Below are positions 57,836 through 64,000 of a stretch of 64,000 nt of DNA, one piece after another; position 1 is the first letter of the stretch; each line of letters begins with the position of its first letter. The notes beneath the pieces were generated by a model. The model was not told the origin of the DNA and did no database searches. It saw nothing but the letters and a program-made list of their open reading frames with translations. A program made the position numbers and the translations under genes. This stretch comes from an uncultured Dokdonia sp. (GTDB lineage Bacteria > Bacteroidota > Bacteroidia > Flavobacteriales > Flavobacteriaceae). Where the stretch lies: the NCBI RefSeq assembly GCF_947492815.1, contig NZ_CANLOB010000014.1, forward strand, positions 325 to 64,324, in the 5' to 3' direction.

Positions 57836-60800
57836 AAATATCATATTTCTTAGTCTACTCTTTATGCTTTTTGGCTGTAAAGAGAAAGATACTTTATTTA
57901 AAAATCCATCAGCAGAAGATACAGGGCTTACGTTTGTAAATACCTTGACAGAAAGTGACGATTTCAATATTATAGATTACCTCTATTTTTACAATGGTGG
58001 CGGACTTGCCATAGGTGATATAAATGGAGACACGCTTCCTGATATTTTTATTTCAGGTAATCAAGTAAAAAACAAACTTTACCTCAACAAAGGGAATCTT
58101 CAGTTTGAAGACATTAGTGATAAAGCAGGGATAACAGGTAATAGCACGTGGAATACAGGTGCGGTAATGGGCGATGTAAATGGCGATGGTTTACTAGACA
58201 TTTATGTATGTGCCGTAGTAGGCATTAATGGTTTTGATGGGTATAACGAATTATACATCAATAATGGAGATGCAACATTTACAGAAAGTGCAGCAAAGTA
58301 CGGTTTAGATCTAGATACTTACAGCTCTAATGCCGCTTTTTTAGATTATGACTTAGATGGCGATTTAGATATTTATATTCTGAATCATGCAGTACATACC
58401 CAAGAATCGTATGGAAAAGCCTCTTTACGCTTTAAGCGAAATTATGAGACGGGAGATCGATTGATGCGTAATGACGGAGGCAAATTTACAGATGTAAGTG
58501 AAGAAGCCGGCATTTTAGGAGGCATCAACAGCTACGGATTAGGAATTGCCATTGCCGATTTTAATCAAGATGGATGGCCAGATATTTATGTAGGGAATGA
58601 TTTTCACGAAGATGATTATTACTATTTAAATACAGGAGAAGGCAGCTTTCGCGAAAGCTTAAAAGACTACTTTGGACACACCTCACGTTTTTCTATGGGA
58701 AATGATGTGGCTGATATTAATGCCGATGGTTGGCCTGATATGATCTCACTAGATATGCTGCCTGAAGATGAAAAAGTATTAAAATCATCTGAAGGGGATG
58801 ATAACATTCAAACGCAGAAATTACGTATTGACCGTTTTGGATATCACTATCAGTTTACACGTAATATGCTATATGTAAATCAAAAAGGATATGATTATCA
58901 AGAAACTGCACTTTTAAGTGGTATTGCTGCTACCGACTGGAGTTGGAGTGCTTTATTTGCCGACTTTGATCAAGATAGTACGCAAGATCTTTTTATCTCA
59001 AACGGGATTCCGAAACGTCCAAATGATCTGGATTATGTTCGTTTTATCTCTAGTAAGCAAATTCAAAATAAAATAAGCAATACCAAACTCATTGATCAGA
59101 AAGCATTAGACTTAATGCCTAAGGGGAATACGCATAATTATATCTTTAAAGGAAAAGGACAGCTCGCATTTGAAGACTTATCTGGCACATGGACTCAAAA
59201 AGACACCTTGGTTTCTGGAGCCACTGCCCTAGCCGATCTAGATAATGATGGTGATTTAGATATCGTCACTAATAATATTAACACGACTCCACAAGTATAT
59301 CAAAATACCACCGATGCTTCGGCAAATTATCTAAAGATTCGTTTTGAGTATAAAAAAGGAAATACTCTGGGAATAGGCACCAAAGTATTTGCCTATCATA
59401 AAGGGCAATTACAGTATAAGGAATTATATACCGTACGGGGTTTCCAAGCATCTTCCGAACCAATACTGCACTTTGGAGTTGGTAATGCACCTAGTATCGA
59501 TTCGCTAAAAGTGATCTGGCCAGATCGTACGTCACAAATACTTACTAATGTGACGACAAATCAAACACTTACTATTTCGCCGAAAGGCAATACACCTTTT
59601 AATTATAATACACTACAACCTAAGAGCCAATCTCTTTTCAAAAAAGTAGTCGATAATTTAGGCATTGATTTTACCCATACAGAAGATCGATACATTGATT
59701 TTAACAGACAAAAACTTATTCCATACCAAGTATCAGATCGTGGTCCAGCAGTCGCTATCGGTGATATCAATGGAGATCAAAGAGATGATATTTATTTTGG
59801 GAGTTCTAAGTTTCAAGAATCCAAAATTTATCTGGCTGATAGCATTGGGTTTACAGCAGCTTCATTTCCTATTATCACCAAAGAGACTGTTACAGAAGAT
59901 GTAGTGGCAACCCTTCAGGATTTTGATCAGGATGGTCGTGCAGATCTTCTTATAGGAACTGGTGGCACCGACTTTGATAATAAGGCAAAACCACTCAAAG
60001 ATCTTTATTACACAGCCAAAGACACGACGTTTGTACAACAACAACTTCCAGAAAGCTTTCAGAACGCTTCTGTACTCGCTGTACACGATTATGATAATGA
60101 TGGTGATCTAGATGTATTTGTAGGTAACCAGGCTGTTACAAATGATTTTGGGCGCCCATCTGAATCGCTATTACTTCGCAATGATAAAGGTACTTTCAGT
60201 ATAGACGATACGACCTCTTTTAATGATATAGGAATGTTAACAGATGCTGTTTGGAGTGATTTTAATGCCGACGGAACAAAAGACCTTATCCTTATTGGAG
60301 AATGGATGGCACCTCAGTTTTATGCAAACACAAATGGCAGTTTACAAAAAGTACTTGTAACTGATGCATCTATGCATGGGTTATGGCAAGCTATAGAACC
60401 CTTTGATATGGATGCCGATGGCGACATAGATTACATCTTAGGAAATTGGGGAGAAAACAGTAAGTTTTCTGCTTCTCCAGAAGCACCTATGTATGCTTAT
60501 TTAGATGACTTTGATTCCAATGGTCAATCAGAAACGATTATTGCCACTCAAAAAAATGGAGCCTATTACCCATTATTAGGATTAAATGAATTAGGTAGTC
60601 AGATGACCAACCTCTTTAAAAAGTACACAAGTTATAAGGATTTTGGAGGGCAGACAGTAGACGCTATTTTTGGTAAGAAAGCTTTATCTCAAAGCACTCA
60701 ATTACGCGTAGAAACCTTACAATCTGGATACTTAAAAAATGAAAATGGACGTTTTAGGTTTGTGCCTTTCGGCGAAAGCTTACAAATAGCGCCTATCATG

Positions 60801-61073
60801 GCATTTGAAACGTATGATTTTGATGGAGATGGACAAAAAGAAGTACTTGCTGCTGGAAATTATTTTGGTGTAAAACCTTTTCATGGTCGGCTTGATTCTT
60901 TCTCTGGAGCATTGCTTAAAAGTGATGGAAGTAGTACCTTAGGTCATCATCTAGGCTTAGACCTTGCTCAGAAATCAGTAAGACATCTTTCTATTTTATC
61001 TGTAGATACAAAAACATACCTTTTGGTTACTTTTAATAATGAAAAAGCACACGTATATCAATTACAAAAATAA
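57822..61073 (+). CDS. FG-GAP/VCBS-repeat ASPIC/UnbV lipoprotein 3
   Basis: Lipobox LFGC; YLYFYNGGG, ATDWSWS, RGFQAS motifs; start moved to ATG at 57822. Confidence 0.88.
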   Translation: MQAIRNIIFLSLLFMLFGCKEKDTLFKNPSAEDTGLTFVNTLTESDDFNIIDYLYFYNGGGLAIGDINGDTLPDIFISGNQVKNKLYLNKGNLQFEDISDKAGITGNSTWNTGAVMGDVNGDGLLDIYVCAVVGINGFDGYNELYINNGDATFTESAAKYGLDLDTYSSNAAFLDYDLDGDLDIYILNHAVHTQESYGKASLRFKRNYETGDRLMRNDGGKFTDVSEEAGILGGINSYGLGIAIADFNQDGWPDIYVGNDFHEDDYYYLNTGEGSFRESLKDYFGHTSRFSMGNDVADINADGWPDMISLDMLPEDEKVLKSSEGDDNIQTQKLRIDRFGYHYQFTRNMLYVNQKGYDYQETALLSGIAATDWSWSALFADFDQDSTQDLFISNGIPKRPNDLDYVRFISSKQIQNKISNTKLIDQKALDLMPKGNTHNYIFKGKGQLAFEDLSGTWTQKDTLVSGATALADLDNDGDLDIVTNNINTTPQVYQNTTDASANYLKIRFEYKKGNTLGIGTKVFAYHKGQLQYKELYTVRGFQASSEPILHFGVGNAPSIDSLKVIWPDRTSQILTNVTTNQTLTISPKGNTPFNYNTLQPKSQSLFKKVVDNLGIDFTHTEDRYIDFNRQKLIPYQVSDRGPAVAIGDINGDQRDDIYFGSSKFQESKIYLADSIGFTAASFPIITKETVTEDVVATLQDFDQDGRADLLIGTGGTDFDNKAKPLKDLYYTAKDTTFVQQQLPESFQNASVLAVHDYDNDGDLDVFVGNQAVTNDFGRPSESLLLRNDKGTFSIDDTTSFNDIGMLTDAVWSDFNADGTKDLILIGEWMAPQFYANTNGSLQKVLVTDASMHGLWQAIEPFDMDADGDIDYILGNWGENSKFSASPEAPMYAYLDDFDSNGQSETIIATQKNGAYYPLLGLNELGSQMTNLFKKYTSYKDFGGQTVDAIFGKKALSQSTQLRVETLQSGYLKNENGRFRFVPFGESLQIAPIMAFETYDFDGDGQKEVLAAGNYFGVKPFHGRLDSFSGALLKSDGSSTLGHHLGLDLAQKSVRHLSILSVDTKTYLLVTFNNEKAHVYQLQK

Positions 61074-61080
61074 ACACAAC

Positions 61081-62448
61081 ATGACTAGCATGATATCCCG
61101 TTATTTTGGAGTCCTACTCCTGATTCTTTTCTTTACAGCTTGTGAAGAAAAACCTGCTGAACCTATTGTGATTACCGCCGAAAATTTTCACACCTCTGTA
61201 AACAATGTTACAGAAGTGATGATACATGATATATTTTCACCACCACAAGCCAGTAGAATATATGCGTACCCTAATGTGGCTGCTTATGAAATCTTATCAA
61301 GTAAAGCATCAGACTACAACTCATTGGCTACGCAACTTGCCGGTTTTACAGCAATTCCTGAACCTAATCCTGATTCTACAAAATATGTAAACTATGAACT
61401 TGCTGCTCTTGTGGCGCATATGGATTTAAGCAGACGCTTGGTATTTTCTGAAGACATGATCACACCCTACAGAGATAGTTTATATCAATTATGGAACACT
61501 AAAAACCCTAAAGAATATACAACTTCAAAAACCTATGGTCTCGCTGTAGCAGAACATGTAGCTGCATGGATGGATAAGGACATGTACAAAGAAACACGTA
61601 CCATGCCTAAATTCTCTGTAATTACAGACGATCCTTCTAGATGGCAACCTACGCCACCTGCCTATGCAGATGGTATCGAGCCCCACTGGAATAAAATACG
61701 TCCGTTTGTGATTGACTCTGCAGCACAATTTAAACCTGTGCCTCCTCCTGCTTTTTCTATGGATGAGTCGTCAGATTTTTACAAAGAGCTTAAAGAAGTA
61801 TATGATATTAGCGAACGTATTACAAAACAAGGAGATGACGCAGAAGAAATTGCTATCGCACAATTCTGGGATTGTAATCCATATGTCTCTGTAACGAGAG
61901 GGCACCTTATGTTTGCTACTAAAAAAATCACGCCTGGAGCACACTGGATTGGTATTGCTAAAATTGCTTCTAGAAATGCAGGACACGACATCATGCAAAC
62001 CATGTACACGTACACTAAGACATCTATTGCCATTGCCGATGCTTTTATAAGCTGTTGGGATGAAAAATACCGCAGTAATTTAGTACGTCCAGAAACACTC
62101 ATCAATGAGCATTTTAATGATAGTTGGCAACCTATTTTACAAACACCTCCATTTCCAGAATATGTAAGTGGTCACTCAGTAGTGTCTGGAGCTGCATCTG
62201 AAGCATTAACCAGTATTTTTGGAGATGGCTTTTCATTTATAGATGACACAGAATTGCCTTATGGACTTCCTGTACGTAGTTTTTCTTCTTTTAGAGCTGC
62301 AGCTAGTGAAGCAGCTGTAAGTAGACTCTATGGAGGTATTCATTACCGTGCCGCCGTAGATAACGGACTGGTACAAGGAAAAAATATAGGAAGATTTATT
62401 AATGCTTCTCTAAAAATGAAAATTAATAACGCACAAGCTTCAAATTAA
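61081..62448 (+). CDS. Vanadium-dependent haloperoxidase/PAP2-fold lipoprotein
   Basis: Lipobox FTAC; KYRSNLVRP, PPFPEYVSGHS, SRLYGGIHY vanadate/phosphate-binding motifs. Confidence 0.85.
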   Translation: MTSMISRYFGVLLLILFFTACEEKPAEPIVITAENFHTSVNNVTEVMIHDIFSPPQASRIYAYPNVAAYEILSSKASDYNSLATQLAGFTAIPEPNPDSTKYVNYELAALVAHMDLSRRLVFSEDMITPYRDSLYQLWNTKNPKEYTTSKTYGLAVAEHVAAWMDKDMYKETRTMPKFSVITDDPSRWQPTPPAYADGIEPHWNKIRPFVIDSAAQFKPVPPPAFSMDESSDFYKELKEVYDISERITKQGDDAEEIAIAQFWDCNPYVSVTRGHLMFATKKITPGAHWIGIAKIASRNAGHDIMQTMYTYTKTSIAIADAFISCWDEKYRSNLVRPETLINEHFNDSWQPILQTPPFPEYVSGHSVVSGAASEALTSIFGDGFSFIDDTELPYGLPVRSFSSFRAAASEAAVSRLYGGIHYRAAVDNGLVQGKNIGRFINASLKMKINNAQASN

Positions 62449-62450
62449 TT

Positions 62451-63341
62451 ATGAAAAAGATAGTACGTCTACTACTGTTCGTTGTTCTTATCGTAGCGGC
62501 CTGGTATCTATTTATAAAACCTTATGATTATGTAGTACGTTTTCCTGCAAAAACAACGGTAGGAACGATTAATCAATCTATAAAATCATGGTATGCCGCT
62601 ATAGAAGGTACAGAGATTATTGATGACTCTAAATTTGATGAACTCAAGCAGCAATTTAAATTTGGCGATTCTACACATCTTTACACGTGGAAAATAGAAG
62701 CCTTAACAGACTCGACCTCTCGTGTAAAAGTATATGTAAAAGATCGTGAGCATAGTTTTGCAAATAAGCTTGCGATTCCGTTTTCAAAAACAGCTATAGA
62801 AAAACGTTCGGAAGCAACTGTAAAGGAATTTTATGATGTTCTTAATTCTCACCTCAAAAAAACTAAGGTGACTATTAACGGGGAAGATGCAACAAAGGAA
62901 ACCTATGTTGCTTATACACCCCTTAAAGGCTTACAGGTTGAAAAAGCAAAAGGAATGATGTATAATTATTCTTTATTAACCCAAATCATGCTTAAAGGGA
63001 ATGTTGCGCTTAATGGTCCTCCTTTTGTAGAAGTTACACATTGGGATACCAAAACAGATAGTATCTCGTATAATTTCTGTTTTCCCATCAAAAAAAGCGA
63101 TAGCTTACCTACACATCCTGAAATTAAATACAAACAATATCATAGCCGAAAAGCCCTCAAAGCAACCTATAATGGCAACTATATTACTTCAGATCGTGCT
63201 TGGTATGCGCTACACACTTATGCCAATAGTCACAACATTCCAGTAGATCTCACACCAGTAGAAGTATTTTATAACAATCCAAATATGGGCGGTGATGAGC
63301 TTAAGTGGAAGGCAGAGATCTTTATGCCTATCAAAGAGTAA
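62451..63341 (+). CDS. Membrane-anchored protein with C-terminal GyrI-like small-molecule-binding domain
   Basis: N-terminal TM helix; KATYNGNY...AWYAL and PVEVFYNNP GyrI-like pattern. Confidence 0.75.
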   Translation: MKKIVRLLLFVVLIVAAWYLFIKPYDYVVRFPAKTTVGTINQSIKSWYAAIEGTEIIDDSKFDELKQQFKFGDSTHLYTWKIEALTDSTSRVKVYVKDREHSFANKLAIPFSKTAIEKRSEATVKEFYDVLNSHLKKTKVTINGEDATKETYVAYTPLKGLQVEKAKGMMYNYSLLTQIMLKGNVALNGPPFVEVTHWDTKTDSISYNFCFPIKKSDSLPTHPEIKYKQYHSRKALKATYNGNYITSDRAWYALHTYANSHNIPVDLTPVEVFYNNPNMGGDELKWKAEIFMPIKE

Positions 63342-63346
63342 AACAT

Positions 63347-63916
63347 ATGTCCAAGCTATTCCTAGATCAAAACTACCAAGGCATTGATTATACTAGCCAA
63401 GGGTTTTCTATAGGAGAGTATGACAATTGTACATTTACAAACTGCTTATTTCCAGAGCTACATATTTCTAATACCACCTTCTTAGAATGCACATTTATAG
63501 ATTGTAATTTTACCAATACCAAGTTTGGAGGAACAACACTTAATGACGTCTTTTTTAAAGGCTGTAAAATGATAGGGATAGATTTAAGTGTATGTAATGA
63601 TTTTATGCTTTCCATAAAAGCCGAAGACTCTGTACTCGATCTGGCAAATTGTTATCAACTCAATCTTTCAAAAACTTCTTTTAAAGAGTGCTCTTTAAAA
63701 GAAGTAGATTTTACAGAAAGCAACCTATCTGAAGTAATATTTGCAAATTGCAACCTTAAAGATGCTATTTTTGATCATACCAATCTTCAAAAAACAGATT
63801 TTAAATCGGCATTAAATTATACCATAGACCTAGACCAGAATACGGTAAAAGGTGCTCAGTTTTCTAAAGAAAATATACAGGGACTACTCACTAAATACGG
63901 TATAAAAATCTCCTAA
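63347..63916 (+). CDS. Pentapeptide-repeat protein
   Basis: Serial [AC][DNST]F/L five-residue repeats (NCTFT, ECTFI, DCNFT, GCKMI, NCNLK); start moved to ATG at 63347. Confidence 0.92.
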   Translation: MSKLFLDQNYQGIDYTSQGFSIGEYDNCTFTNCLFPELHISNTTFLECTFIDCNFTNTKFGGTTLNDVFFKGCKMIGIDLSVCNDFMLSIKAEDSVLDLANCYQLNLSKTSFKECSLKEVDFTESNLSEVIFANCNLKDAIFDHTNLQKTDFKSALNYTIDLDQNTVKGAQFSKENIQGLLTKYGIKIS

Positions 63917-64000
63917 TATGCTTTTATACGCTTTCGCGAAAGCGTATACCTGATACACACATCATAAAACACTTGTGAAAACAAATGGTTTAAATTTAGT

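Larger units (their letters stand above)
920..63948. repeat. Dispersed palindrome (TAC)GCTTTCGCGAAAGC(GTA), 19 exact TTTCGCGAAA cores
   Basis: Copies at 920-933, 5805-5816, 8756-8767, 11757-11772, 14658-14677, 22233-22252, 23425-23450, 26760-26775, 29367-29378, 33795-33808, 37259-37270, 38344-38357, 40462-40476, 41743-41754, 43121-43134, 44431-44446, 56755-56770, 58644-58659, 63925-63948; degenerate copies near 25644, 38692, 54015, 60766. Confidence 0.95.

Noticed and set aside
20-63615. About 50 short ORFs in the track that overlap longer genes (e.g. 2127-2423, 10740-11141, 20941-21273, 32312-32593, 36533-36826, 61779-62105)
   Set aside because: Antisense or off-frame shadows of well-supported genes, with no recognisable motifs
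51098-63916. Enediyne or other natural-product biosynthetic cluster
   Set aside because: No PKS, NRPS or tailoring enzymes in the window; UnbV-like domains alone are not diagnostic
920-63948. Palindrome copies as a CRISPR array or integron attC sites
   Set aside because: Dispersed, with no regular spacers, cas genes or integrase; most copies are inside genes
1-64000. tRNA, rRNA or riboswitch
   Set aside because: No cloverleaf, rRNA signature or cobalamin/TPP/SAM aptamer recognised by eye; an Infernal/Rfam scan would be needed to exclude them

Overview
AT-rich Bacteroidota DNA, most likely from a marine Flavobacteriaceae genome (TAnnTTTG promoters, T9SS cargo, SusC/SusD, mevalonate genes). 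It holds about 45 credible CDS; I found no rRNA, tRNA, CRISPR array or transposase. Main blocks: DUF2723/deacetylase/thioredoxin-like/phosphoesterase; a LacI-linked GH63, Na+:solute symporter and glycerate kinase unit; a SusC-type barrel lacking a recognisable plug, followed by a thioester alpha-2-macroglobulin that carries a TonB box and SusC plug internally (top candidate for an undescribed system); two T9SS beta-propeller proteins; two glycosyltransferase clusters; a two-gene cassette bounded by a 54-bp duplication of an arnT-like 3' end; a pseudouridine-synthase homolog lacking the catalytic Asp; a radical SAM/TIGR03915 pair; mevalonate genes with a UbiA prenyltransferase; and susC-susD followed by three ASPIC/UnbV lipoproteins, a vanadium haloperoxidase, a GyrI-like protein and a pentapeptide-repeat protein. 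The palindrome (TAC)GCTTTCGCGAAAGC(GTA) recurs with 19 exact TTTCGCGAAA cores, 13 inside genes in all three frames, and also forms the ends of a nested miniature-element family. All family calls come from motif recognition by eye; no database search was run.
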